A DNA stretch of 64,000 nucleotides from a virus (IMGVR_UViG_3300042291_001013), one strand, 5' to 3'; counted from the first letter of the stretch, positions 53,523 through 63,152 are shown. Notes: generated from the letters alone by a model not told the origin. Made by a program: numbers and translations.

Positions 53523-56500
53523 TTAGATAATATTGGCCCAGGCACCATTCTCGTAACCCTGGAACTTGTTGACAGATGAATTGTAAATCATGTCACCATT
53601 TGCCGCAATAGTGTTGGCAATTTGTGCTGTGGTTAAACTAGGCAATCGGAATGTGCCGCCACCAATCACACGCACCGCAGACACCGCTGATAAGTCCAAG
53701 TTTGTGGTACTGCTTATTGTGGGAGTACCTGCGCCGCCACCAACAACATTACCAATAAAGTTACCAGCAGTAACGTTGCCAGTAGTTGATATAGGGTTAG
53801 AACCAAATGCAGCCAGATTTGCCGCTACATTGGCGTTGCCATAAGAACTAACACCGTTGGCAATACCAGTCAATAAACTGCCATTACCAATAAAATAGTT
53901 GCTAGAGATATTGCCTGTGGTACTGATTGTGTTACTGCCATACCCAGCTAGCAAGGTAACCACGTTTGAGTTACCATAACCACTTGCGGCAATACCAGTC
54001 AACAGCGATCCATTACCAATAAAGAAATTGCCAGCAATGTTGCCTGTAGCACTAACAATACCGCCAGTGCTGACGTTGGCCGCAACCATGTTGCCTGTGG
54101 CTGATATCACGCCAGGGCTAGTTATGTTGCCACCACTCACGTTACCTGTAGCTGACACCAGGCCTGACACATACGCACCAGTGTTGGCCACTACCATGAC
54201 GTTTGATGTACCGCCAATGGTTACAGTAGCGTTGCCGTTTATCAGTGGCATTGAAATAACACTGGTTCCGTTAATTACACCAGGGTGATTGTGACTTTGT
54301 TCAGCACCAACAGCGTTGGCCACGTTGCCCAGGAAGTAAGCACCTGTGACATTGCCAGTACTACTGATCACACCACCTGTGATAATGTTGCCGCCTGTGA
54401 CGTTGCCGGCAAATGTTGGTGCAGTTTCAATCCCAACTGTGGCAGTTTTACTAGTGGCATTGCCCACAATTGTGACATTGGTACCTGGAGTCAGTGTAAC
54501 TGTGTCATTGGGGCTGGAAGCCACCAAACTGGTACCGTTGGCACTGACTGTGTTGAAAATGTTTGCGGCTGCCGCAGTAATGCCTGTCAGCTGTGAGCCA
54601 TTGCCCACAAAGAACCCAGCTGCCTCAACGTTGCCCACAGCACTGATTGTGCCCAGAGATTCAATATTGTTTTCAACATTCAAGCCATCAACCACTGTGA
54701 CAAATGCACTGTTGTCAGATGTAATGGTGTTGGTAACCAGTATTGGTGTTTCAACACCGCCCTCGGCCCTGATCCCATCTTCTATAGTGACAAAACTGCT
54801 GTCGCCTGATGTGATGCGGCTGGCTGTAATAACACCTGAAACTGTCAAATTGCTCAGTGCGCCCACACTAGTAAGACTACTGTTTACAACATTGGAAGCC
54901 AGTGTATTGCCCACCAAGAGCTGTGCATTGGCATTGGTGGCCACAATGCCAGTCAGCTGTGATCCATTGCCAACGTAGTAACTTGCAAATATATTGCCTG
55001 TGGCACTAATGTTGCTAGCGGCACTCATGCCAGCAGTGGCTTTGACAAATACGCCCTGAATGTTGGCAGTTGTTGTAACGTTGCCAGCCAAAAGTGATAA
55101 GTTACCGGTGTATGTGGGCAAATACGTTGCAACGTTGGCATTGCCATACGATGCCGCAATGCCTGTGAGCAAGGCTCCGTTGCCTAGTACATAGCCGCCT
55201 GTGGAGATATTACCAGTGGCAGTGACAGCACCAGTTATGGTTGTATTGCCACCTGATACAGCGCCCGAGACCGCCAGCGAAGTCAGTGTGCCCACTGACG
55301 TAATTGCTGACTGTGCAGGATTGGTCACTGTGTTGGCAGTTGCGGCGCTGGTGGCAAAACTAGAATTCTGTGCAGTCAGCGCATTGCCAGAGTTGGCCGC
55401 ATAGCCTGCATTGGCCACTGTGCCCGAAACATTGGCACCAGTTATTGAGCTCAGTGCCGAACCATTGCCGCTGATGTTACCACTACTAATGTTACCAGTA
55501 ACTGCCAGCGTTGACAGCGTGCCTACTGAAGTGATATTGGGCTGTGCGGCTGTGGTCACTGTGCCTGCTGTGATGGCCACTGTGGCCAAGGTGGCTGAAT
55601 TTGCAGAGCCAGCAGTGTTGGCAAAATATGCATTGTTTACAATGCCCAACACGTTGGCGCCAGTGATATTGCTGAGTTGTGCGGCGCCACCAATGAAGTT
55701 GGCCCCAGTCACATTGCCAGCTGTACCTAAATTGCCTACGTTAGCATTACCAGTTAATGATATGGCCTCGCCAGTGATATTGCCAGTGTATGTGGGTAAG
55801 AACATGGCTACGTTTGAGTTGCCGTATCCAGACTGAACTCCAGTTAAGAAAGCACCATTGCCAACAAAGTACCCAGTGGTGGTTCTGATATTTCCCACAG
55901 CAAGTACACCATTTAGGGCATTTAAGTTATTGCCAGCCAGGATGTTTCCAACGGTGCTGATAAATCCGCCAACGTTGGCATTGCCTGTAGTGGAAATATT
56001 GTTGGGAGTCAAGTTGCCGGTGTATGTGGGCAAGTACGCCTGCACATTGGCATTGCTGTAAGTGGCTGGCAATCCAGTCAGCTGTGATCCGTTACCAAAC
56101 AGATACCCAGTTGTGGTGATATTGCCAGTTGACACCAAGGATGTTAGAGTGCCCACACTAGTGATATTGGGCTGTGCGGCAGTGGTCACTGTTTGAGCTC
56201 GCACTGCTGTTGTGGCTGTGGCTGCCAGGGTTGCCACAGCAGCCTGCTCAGCATTGGTTGCGTAACTGGCATTGGCCACTGCACCTGACACATTGGCGCC
56301 AGCCACACTGTAGGCCACGTAGGCTATGTTAGCAATTGCGGCTTGATTTACTATACCTGACACATTGGCGCCGGCCACAGCACCTGCTGAGTTGGCATAG
56401 TTTGCTATGCTGGCTGCTCCTGCTGATGTGGCATATGTGGCGTTGGCCACGGTGCCCGAAACGTTGGCACCAGTCACGCTGTAGGCCACGTTGGCTGTGG

Positions 56501-57086
56501 TAGCTGAAGTTGCTGTGCCTGAAAGATTTGAATACTGTGCGTTGGCCACAAGACCAACCACATTACTACCTGTGATACCGGAAAGTCTTGAGCCTGATCC
56601 AACAAAATAAGCCGCATCCACATTGCCTGTGGTGGCCAAGATATTGGTATTGGCATTGTAAGTTAGATTACCACTAGCACCAAATGTGCCATTTTGATTG
56701 AACTGGATCTGGGTGTTTCCACCTGCGGCAATACCAGCACCGTTGCCACCGGCAACTTGAATTAGAATATTGCCATTGCCCAGATTGTTTAAGTAAACAC
56801 CCGGGCCGGTAAAGTTCAGTGTGTTGGCTGATGTTGTAAGAGTATTGCTGTCATACTGTATGGTCACTGTGCGTGGCAGCGCGGCTACCACTACGTTTTG
56901 TGTAGGCAAAGGAGCAAACAAGTTGCCCAGGCCAGTACTTTGAGCTGGTGGACGTGAAAGTCCAGTTTGTGCAGGAACCGGAATTGGCACACCTGAACCA
57001 GGACCTGGCGGTACTGGATCGGGCGCTGTATCAAGCGGTCCAATTACGCCGTCTGCTATGGTAGGGGTGATATTCGCGGTTGGCAT
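53523..57086 (-). CDS. Long Gly/Asn/Thr-rich repetitive tail-fibre-like protein
   Basis: Many (F/Y)xGNG(S/A)xLTGI, AQPNITSVGTL and YGNANV...LPTYTGN repeats; C-terminal GDMIYN...FQGY..GAW. Confidence 0.75.
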   Translation of the reverse strand: MPTANITPTIADGVIGPLDTAPDPVPPGPGSGVPIPVPAQTGLSRPPAQSTGLGNLFAPLPTQNVVVAALPRTVTIQYDSNTLTTSANTLNFTGPGVYLNNLGNGNILIQVAGGNGAGIAAGGNTQIQFNQNGTFGASGNLTYNANTNILATTGNVDAAYFVGSGSRLSGITGSNVVGLVANAQYSNLSGTATSATTANVAYSVTGANVSGTVANATYATSAGAASIANYANSAGAVAGANVSGIVNQAAIANIAYVAYSVAGANVSGAVANASYATNAEQAAVATLAATATTAVRAQTVTTAAQPNITSVGTLTSLVSTGNITTTGYLFGNGSQLTGLPATYSNANVQAYLPTYTGNLTPNNISTTGNANVGGFISTVGNILAGNNLNALNGVLAVGNIRTTTGYFVGNGAFLTGVQSGYGNSNVAMFLPTYTGNITGEAISLTGNANVGNLGTAGNVTGANFIGGAAQLSNITGANVLGIVNNAYFANTAGSANSATLATVAITAGTVTTAAQPNITSVGTLSTLAVTGNISSGNISGNGSALSSITGANVSGTVANAGYAANSGNALTAQNSSFATSAATANTVTNPAQSAITSVGTLTSLAVSGAVSGGNTTITGAVTATGNISTGGYVLGNGALLTGIAASYGNANVATYLPTYTGNLSLLAGNVTTTANIQGVFVKATAGMSAASNISATGNIFASYYVGNGSQLTGIVATNANAQLLVGNTLASNVVNSSLTSVGALSNLTVSGVITASRITSGDSSFVTIEDGIRAEGGVETPILVTNTITSDNSAFVTVVDGLNVENNIESLGTISAVGNVEAAGFFVGNGSQLTGITAAAANIFNTVSANGTSLVASSPNDTVTLTPGTNVTIVGNATSKTATVGIETAPTFAGNVTGGNIITGGVISSTGNVTGAYFLGNVANAVGAEQSHNHPGVINGTSVISMPLINGNATVTIGGTSNVMVVANTGAYVSGLVSATGNVSGGNITSPGVISATGNMVAANVSTGGIVSATGNIAGNFFIGNGSLLTGIAASGYGNSNVVTLLAGYGSNTISTTGNISSNYFIGNGSLLTGIANGVSSYGNANVAANLAAFGSNPISTTGNVTAGNFIGNVVGGGAGTPTISSTTNLDLSAVSAVRVIGGGTFRLPSLTTAQIANTIAANGDMIYNSSVNKFQGYENGAWANII

Positions 57087-57088
57087 TG

Positions 57089-57628
57089 TTATCGTTCTTT
57101 CTTAGGCTGCTGTGCAGGTTGTACCGCTGTGGGTACGTTTTTATAAACACGTTTTTCAGGATCGTAAACTGTTTTTAGTGGGCCCATGCCTGCTAGCTGT
57201 TTAACTCGGGCAACCATGGCTTGATAGTCATCGCCATAGTCTGCTTCTTTTTCTTTGTTTTCTGCTACACCTTGCTTTTTAGCTTGTTGAATCTTTGCTT
57301 GTATTAATTTTAACTGTTTGCTCAATGGGTCGTCTAGACCAACACGACCGCCGTCTTTTACAATAGCATCGATCTTGTCGCTGATTTCGCTTGCTTTAGC
57401 TTTTAATGATGTTAAATCATCAGCGCCTTCCGCCACACCTTGCTTTCTATTATCCAATTTGGTAAACGCTTTAACAAAATTAGGACCACTTTTCATGCTT
57501 TTTGAGTCACTGCGTTTTGTAGGATCCATTTTGTGTTTAAGGTTATCTTTATCTAATTTTGTTAGATAACTGGTTAGCGTAGCATCACTAACCTCCGCCA
57601 CACCTTGAGTAAATTCATTCAGTCTCAT
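57089..57628 (-). CDS. Modular protein of three segments separated by QGVAE, candidate internal head polyprotein
   Basis: MRLNEFTQGVAE...RKQGVAE...KKQGVAE; start moved to 57628. Confidence 0.75.
   Translation of the reverse strand: MRLNEFTQGVAEVSDATLTSYLTKLDKDNLKHKMDPTKRSDSKSMKSGPNFVKAFTKLDNRKQGVAEGADDLTSLKAKASEISDKIDAIVKDGGRVGLDDPLSKQLKLIQAKIQQAKKQGVAENKEKEADYGDDYQAMVARVKQLAGMGPLKTVYDPEKRVYKNVPTAVQPAQQPKKER
57427..57444 (-). repeat. 18-bp dispersed repeat encoding the QGVAE linker (copy 2)
   Basis: Identical to 32897-32914. Confidence 0.85.
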
Positions 57629-58200
57629 CTGATGCCCGCCATGCTCTGTAAACTGCGAACGTCCGTGCTGACTTCGTGTATGCGTTTGGTCTTGATACCA
57701 GCGGCCACACGCCACTCATTGAGTTCAGTATCATACTTGGCACGATAAGCGTTGGGTGTGAGTGGCACTGCGTCAGCAAAAGTTTCTTCACTCCAAGGAG
57801 CTTCCTTGCCCTTGTAGTGCATGATCCACTGATCTGCTTCAAATTCAGTTAGTGTGCTCAGGTCATCCAACAACTGTTGAATATGCTGTGGAGCAGCCGA
57901 TCGCCTGCGAAGTTCCACATAAACTAGATAGCGATTGGGTTTGATTTCGCCAGGGCTACGATCAGAATCAAGAACAAAATCGTATCCTTTTTCAAACCAA
58001 CCCACAAGATCCTTGGCGGCTTGCAGGTCACGTACAAAAAATGATATCACGATGATATCTTCATCATCGCCCATTTTGCTAGAAAATTCGTCCACGTGAA
58101 TAGTGGGCTTCATGATGCCATCAAGGTCTTTGTATTGAAGACCTTCAAACAGCAGGGGCTGGTTGTTGTCCGGGTTGTTGTTGAAGGGATTGTTGTGCAT
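57625..58200 (-). CDS. Hypothetical protein
   Basis: LFEGLQYKDL...HVDEFSSKMG; start uncertain, overlaps upstream gene. Confidence 0.7.
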   Translation of the reverse strand: MHNNPFNNNPDNNQPLLFEGLQYKDLDGIMKPTIHVDEFSSKMGDDEDIIVISFFVRDLQAAKDLVGWFEKGYDFVLDSDRSPGEIKPNRYLVYVELRRRSAAPQHIQQLLDDLSTLTEFEADQWIMHYKGKEAPWSEETFADAVPLTPNAYRAKYDTELNEWRVAAGIKTKRIHEVSTDVRSLQSMAGIR

Positions 58201-58735
58201 CTTGGGCCTGGTCATTGCTTTGGTTAGCTTCTTTGTCTAGATCCTGCTCATAGGCTTGATCTAGTTCATCAAGATCAATGTCTTGATCTTCCATTTCTAT
58301 AGATCCTGTGCGGATATCATTTATCAAGGCCTTGGGCATGGTGATTTCCACAAGCCAAACTTCCTTGGTCATTAACTTGGCTTTTTTCTCGCCGGGGCGA
58401 TAGTCCGAAGGATCGTTAATTTTAATCGGGATCTTTATTTCTTTTTTCTGGTATTCGACTTCGCAATCAAATGGTAGCAAACGTCGAGCACCACGGGGGT
58501 CAGGCATGAGCTTGAGCGGCCACATAAACGTGCAAGCCACACGGTACTTGCCAATTTCAGGTCCGGCCACTAGTTCACCAATTTCCCAGTTTTTAAATGC
58601 GTAGATATCCACTTCGTCCAGCACACGCTCAAAATCCAGCAAGGTAGTCAGGCTACCTTCGCTCATGTAGATGTCGCGAATGTTGTCGGCAACTTGCCAG
58701 TAGTCGGTGTGGTCTTTAAAGAGCTCTTTATCCAT
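58145..58735 (-). CDS. Hypothetical protein
   Basis: Start MDKELF after TAAATA 58743-58748. Confidence 0.72.
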   Translation of the reverse strand: MDKELFKDHTDYWQVADNIRDIYMSEGSLTTLLDFERVLDEVDIYAFKNWEIGELVAGPEIGKYRVACTFMWPLKLMPDPRGARRLLPFDCEVEYQKKEIKIPIKINDPSDYRPGEKKAKLMTKEVWLVEITMPKALINDIRTGSIEMEDQDIDLDELDQAYEQDLDKEANQSNDQAQDAQQSLQQQPGQQPAPAV

Positions 58736-58899
58736 AGTTCTATATTTAGCCGATTGGACTAGAGCCGAAGTTTTGCAGAGATGCAATCCCTGGTGAGTAT
58801 TTAGTGGCTGTGCTGTGCAAAAACAGTGCCTATATTTGATTGAGACACAACTCCGTAAATATCATTGTCCACTTAACGGATACTAAGGAGAAGGAAACT

Positions 58900-59640
58900 T
58901 TGAGTAGAAATCGCGCCCAAAAGGCCCAAACAAAGCGTATGAATCAGGCAGTAGAAAACACCATAGCCTTTAATCAACAGGCACCTAAGGCGGCACAGCG
59001 CCGCATAGACTTGATCCCTCGAACACGAAATCAAGAAGCCTTGGTGTTGGCTCTACAAAATCCTGATGCTCACATTGTGGTTACGGCAGGCCCTGCAGGA
59101 ACAGGCAAGACGTATCTAGCAATGCTGGCTGCAATAAAAGCATTGAAAGAAGGAGTGTGCGATAGGATAGTAATGACACGCCCAGCAGTGGGTGTGGAGG
59201 GTGAACAGCATGGTTTTCTTCCGGGCAACCTAGTTGCCAAAATGGAACCATGGACTCGTCCCTTGCTAGACGTCATGCGAGAATATTATCGTCCCCAGGA
59301 CATTGTGGCTATGATAGAAGATCAGGTTGTGGAGATAGCGCCTCTGGCATTCATGCGCGGCCGAACCTTTAAAAACTCATGGATCATTGCTGATGAAATG
59401 CAAAATGCCACACCAGCCCAAACCAAGATGTTAATGACACGCATAGGATCAAATAGCAAGATTGTGATAACAGGTGATGTTGAGCAAGCCGACCGCCATA
59501 GCGGTGACAACGGCCTCCTTGACCTGTGTGAACGCTTACAGGCTCAAGCCGTGCGAGGCATAGAAGTATGCCCCATGGAAGCTAGAGATGTACAGCGTCA
59601 TAAGATAATTGGGTCAGTGTTGAAACTCTACGCAGTTTAG
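58900..59640 (+). CDS. phoH: PhoH family ATPase
   Basis: GPAGTGKT, RPAV..E...GFLPG, FMRGRTF, DEMQN, GDVEQ; TTG start after AGGAG; TAAATA 58856-58861. Confidence 0.93.
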   Translation: MSRNRAQKAQTKRMNQAVENTIAFNQQAPKAAQRRIDLIPRTRNQEALVLALQNPDAHIVVTAGPAGTGKTYLAMLAAIKALKEGVCDRIVMTRPAVGVEGEQHGFLPGNLVAKMEPWTRPLLDVMREYYRPQDIVAMIEDQVVEIAPLAFMRGRTFKNSWIIADEMQNATPAQTKMLMTRIGSNSKIVITGDVEQADRHSGDNGLLDLCERLQAQAVRGIEVCPMEARDVQRHKIIGSVLKLYAV

Positions 59641-60260
59641 GAGGTGATAATTTCGTAGATTTCCCGCCAATTTTTTACTACGGGATACGGACACTTATAA
59701 TTCATGTTGTGTCCGTGTTCTACTAGTATACTTTTCAAGCCCAGAACATGACCAACATCAGCGTTCTCGGGCTTGTCTTCTATCCAGTAACAACCTGAGT
59801 CTTGGTAAGCACTTAGAGCCTCGTGCTTGTCTGCACCTGTGTCCAAGCAAATGATTTGCTCAAATGCAGTTTTGCCAAACAGTTTACGCAGATTCATTTC
59901 ACGCAGTCGACCAGCGTTAACATCTAGACTCAGGCTAGTAATACAATGAAATACATAACCATGTTCCTCATGCAGTCGTTTCACATAGTACATGGCATCA
60001 CGCAAGGGTGGCAAGAATCCAATTGCGGCAGACTCATTAAACAGTTTGATCAGCTTGCGACCCTGATCTCGACTGATGCCGTATCGTTCGCCAATGTCGT
60101 ATATGAATTCAGAGCCAGGTTGCTTTTCGTGCCCGTGCTGTTCCATCCATATGGCAAAGGCATACTCCCAGTTAAGGAGTACACCGTCTGCATCAACTAG
60201 TAGCAGTTTCTGGGGGTTGTGCTGACTCTTCGGGTTTTTTGAGCTCGATTTCATATCCAT
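59637..60260 (-). CDS. HAD-family 5'(3')-deoxyribonucleotidase-like protein
   Basis: LLVDADGVL (DxDGV), WIEDKPEN; start uncertain. Confidence 0.8.
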   Translation of the reverse strand: MDMKSSSKNPKSQHNPQKLLLVDADGVLLNWEYAFAIWMEQHGHEKQPGSEFIYDIGERYGISRDQGRKLIKLFNESAAIGFLPPLRDAMYYVKRLHEEHGYVFHCITSLSLDVNAGRLREMNLRKLFGKTAFEQIICLDTGADKHEALSAYQDSGCYWIEDKPENADVGHVLGLKSILVEHGHNMNYKCPYPVVKNWREIYEIITS

Positions 60261-60501
60261 TTTCGTTAAACAACCTTGTGATGGTTGCCTCATAGTGTTT
60301 CATGTAGTATTCCACAATGCGGTTAAAGTCTCTAGGTACTTGTGTGCCGCCCATGCTACATTTTAACACAGAAAGGGTTCGGAAGTCAAGTATCACATTT
60401 GCCGTTTGGTAATCCCGGGTTTTTAGGCTTTTGGCCACGGCCATGACTTCGTCAATTTGACCATCAGGTTTGGTATAGTAGGTAAGTATCAGATAACGCA
60501 T
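60193..60501 (-). CDS. Hypothetical protein
   Basis: 102-aa ORF. Confidence 0.65.
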   Translation of the reverse strand: MRYLILTYYTKPDGQIDEVMAVAKSLKTRDYQTANVILDFRTLSVLKCSMGGTQVPRDFNRIVEYYMKHYEATITRLFNENGYEIELKKPEESAQPPETATS

Positions 60502-60510
60502 TTTTTTAAT

Positions 60511-61212
60511 ATGATTTTAACAATAGGTCCCGGTGGTGCAGGATTAACATTTTTAAATTGGTCCATTGTGTTCCTCCGGGGTGACATAACATACACCACG
60601 ATTGACAAATTGTCAACACAAATAGTAGATATTAATCCATTACAAGGCTCGACTGCACATCACTTTCACAAAGATCATATACAGTCTTCAAATAATTTAT
60701 GCCACCTGGCCACAGGTACTGAAAAATCAGTAATATATGTTACGCCGTCAAACCAAAAAGATTTTGATTATATTTCCCAGTTCAAGTGTAAAAAAATAGT
60801 ATTTGATTGCGGGAATCGAAACAAAGAACTTTTTGTTAGAATGGTCACACAAATGCCTTGTAGGAAGATTCCTGATCTAATAGATAAACTGGCATCCAAG
60901 TTTGGGATTGATGCGGCCAAACAAACTTTACTGGACCGCAGTAAAATGTTCACACACTATTACACTATTCCAAGTGCTGGTGATGAGTATTTTGTAATCA
61001 GCTATGATGATATTTTTGAAAATCTAGATCAACAAATTGGCAAATTGTTTTTGTTTCTTGGGGAGACAATTGATCAATCTAGATTTGATAAATGGCTAGC
61101 TATCTATAAAACTTATCAAGATCTAAACTCCAATTTATTGTCTGACTTTACAGTTGGGTTGTCTGAGGTTCCATACTCTGTTAGGCTTCAAGTTTTTAAA
61201 GAAATATCATAA
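60511..61212 (+). CDS. Hypothetical protein, possibly sulfotransferase-like
   Basis: MILTIGPGGAGLTFL, ISYDDI; TAAGTA at 60483-60488. Confidence 0.5.
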   Translation: MILTIGPGGAGLTFLNWSIVFLRGDITYTTIDKLSTQIVDINPLQGSTAHHFHKDHIQSSNNLCHLATGTEKSVIYVTPSNQKDFDYISQFKCKKIVFDCGNRNKELFVRMVTQMPCRKIPDLIDKLASKFGIDAAKQTLLDRSKMFTHYYTIPSAGDEYFVISYDDIFENLDQQIGKLFLFLGETIDQSRFDKWLAIYKTYQDLNSNLLSDFTVGLSEVPYSVRLQVFKEIS

Positions 61213-61847
61213 TGGAAAAGTGGTTTCTTCCCGATCACCAGGTTGAACTAGCTGGAAAAACTGTCAAAAGATACGGTTATGATCAACAAGATCTAATAGA
61301 CTATTCGTTTAACAGTCTGGGGTTTAGATCGCCAGAGCCCGCCAACAATCCCCGCCTAGTGGTTGTGGGTAACAGCATATCTTTTGGAATAGGATTAGAT
61401 ATGCACCACACGTTTGGTGCAATGTTGGCACAATACACAAACAGAAGATTAGATAATAGATCGTTGGGGTGTTTTTTTCATGAAAATCACGATCAACTGC
61501 ACAACATAAAATTGTTGGCACAACAAGATCAAGATTCAGTTTTTGTAATACAAATCAACAATCTTGATCGTAAAAGAACTGGAGATTTGGTAATCTCTGA
61601 TAATTCGCCAAGCTGGTGTGTGGAGAGATTTTTAGATTTTTTTGATCAAACAGAGAACATTCTAAAAAATTATCCGCACAAGTACATTTACTGGGACAAT
61701 ATTGACTACCGCTTGCCAACAACAGTATTAGAAAAGATTGTTATTAGAAACCGGTGTCACTACGATAGTAGTTTATCCAACAATAAAAATACTTTTGGAG
61801 CCAAATCTCACAGTCAGATTGCAAAGATACTGCGTCACGCAATCTGA
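61212..61847 (+). CDS. SGNH hydrolase-like protein
   Basis: YSFNSLGFRS, VVVGNSISFG, NRSLG, FGAKSH. Confidence 0.6.
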   Translation: MEKWFLPDHQVELAGKTVKRYGYDQQDLIDYSFNSLGFRSPEPANNPRLVVVGNSISFGIGLDMHHTFGAMLAQYTNRRLDNRSLGCFFHENHDQLHNIKLLAQQDQDSVFVIQINNLDRKRTGDLVISDNSPSWCVERFLDFFDQTENILKNYPHKYIYWDNIDYRLPTTVLEKIVIRNRCHYDSSLSNNKNTFGAKSHSQIAKILRHAI

Positions 61848-62758
61848 CTCAATTCAATTAGTGTTGCACTCAAATTGATTTCAACGTCGGCCACTGCATT
61901 GTTGTTTACTAAACCATTGCGGATGACCACAATAGCTTGATCCTGTTGCTCCACAGTTTGCCCCCAAAGATCCAAGTTGTCATACATCCAACGAAAGATT
62001 TCTTCTGCTTCCTCGGGACTGCTACTTTGGCACAGCAGTGCTCGAGCTTCGCGTGTTTTGCCACGTTTGAACAAGTCCACACAGTCCAGCTTCCAGTCAC
62101 GTACTGATTTATCACTTGCCCCGGGCGGCGCCAGCTGACCGCTTGCTGAGTTGAGTTGCACAAGATTCAAACATTTGCGCAGATCAGGATAAGTGGCCTT
62201 GACGTAAGTGTCCAGGGTATCTAGTTCAAACTCCACGCCTTCTGTTACCAACACAGTGGCCACACGGGCAGTGAACTCAGTGTGATCAGTCTTGGTCACA
62301 TGAAACCCTTGACAACGACTGTGGATTGGTGGTAGAATTTTGTTGGGATAGTTGCAGGTAAGAATAAACCGCACAGTTTGGCTATAGTCTTCCATCAAGT
62401 TACGCAGTGCAGGCTGTACTGAATGGGGGTTCATGTAGTCTGCTTCGTCTATCAGCACAATCTTGAACTTGCCAAACGGCATGGTTTGACAAAAGCTAAT
62501 CAGCTTGTCCACCCATTCCATCTTGCGAGCTTCTTTTGAACCGTTTGCGTACAAGACATCATATTCGTCCACACCCAGTTCATTGATCAGCATCTTGGCC
62601 AAGGTGGTTTTGCCTGTGCCAGCACCACCACTCAACATCAAGTGCGGGATTGATTCATCACGGATCCACTGTTGTATTTGCTCGCGTTGTGCATCATCTG
62701 CAAACACGTAACCGTCCACAGTGTTGGGACGGTATTTTTCTACCCATAGTTCTTTCAT
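61835..62758 (-). CDS. Clamp loader AAA+ subunit (gp44/RFC-like)
   Basis: WVEKYRP, GGAGTGKTT, LIDEAD, SRC motif. Confidence 0.93.
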   Translation of the reverse strand: MKELWVEKYRPNTVDGYVFADDAQREQIQQWIRDESIPHLMLSGGAGTGKTTLAKMLINELGVDEYDVLYANGSKEARKMEWVDKLISFCQTMPFGKFKIVLIDEADYMNPHSVQPALRNLMEDYSQTVRFILTCNYPNKILPPIHSRCQGFHVTKTDHTEFTARVATVLVTEGVEFELDTLDTYVKATYPDLRKCLNLVQLNSASGQLAPPGASDKSVRDWKLDCVDLFKRGKTREARALLCQSSSPEEAEEIFRWMYDNLDLWGQTVEQQDQAIVVIRNGLVNNNAVADVEINLSATLIELSQIA

Positions 62759-62964
62759 TGATATCTACTTCCTGGTTGACCTGGCTCATTTGAGCCAGTA
62801 CATTCTAAATGGTGATCTGTTGAATGTGGGCAACGTTTGTTACCGCACCGGGGGCAAACAATCATTCTGGTCAGCACCCAGGGCCAGCCAGACATTGTTG
62901 TTCTGTCCTTGTTGCAATTATAGCAGAAGCAGGTGTACTTTGCATCCGGATCGGCAAACATCAT
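62755..62964 (-). CDS. Small Cys-rich (Zn-binding) protein
   Basis: CFCYNC...CPRCGNKRCPH. Confidence 0.65.
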   Translation of the reverse strand: MMFADPDAKYTCFCYNCNKDRTTMSGWPWVLTRMIVCPRCGNKRCPHSTDHHLECTGSNEPGQPGSRYQ

Positions 62965-63152
62965 GTGCGTCCGTTTGGAAGTTTTGTTGTACCAAATTGC
63001 TTTTCAAAAGATCCCGGGCCTTGCATATCTTCTGGAAGTGGTGGCGGAACCCAACGTGGCTTGGGTTCTTTCTTGCCAAAAATTTCATCATGCTTTGCAG
63101 CCAATTCTTCTTGGCTGAGAGTATAAGGACGGGGTCTTGATCCTTTGCTCAT
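62961..63152 (-). CDS. Small hypothetical protein
   Basis: MSKGSRPRP... Confidence 0.6.
   Translation of the reverse strand: MSKGSRPRPYTLSQEELAAKHDEIFGKKEPKPRWVPPPLPEDMQGPGSFEKQFGTTKLPNGRT

Noticed and set aside
53523-57086. Fibre repeats as a diversity-generating retroelement target
   Set aside because: Repeats are degenerate in-frame structural repeats; no template/variable pair differing at adenines and no reverse transcriptase in the window.
58145-58200. Programmed frameshift joining the two overlapping hypothetical genes
   Set aside because: No slippery heptamer seen; the overlap is low-complexity CAA-rich sequence compatible with independent starts.
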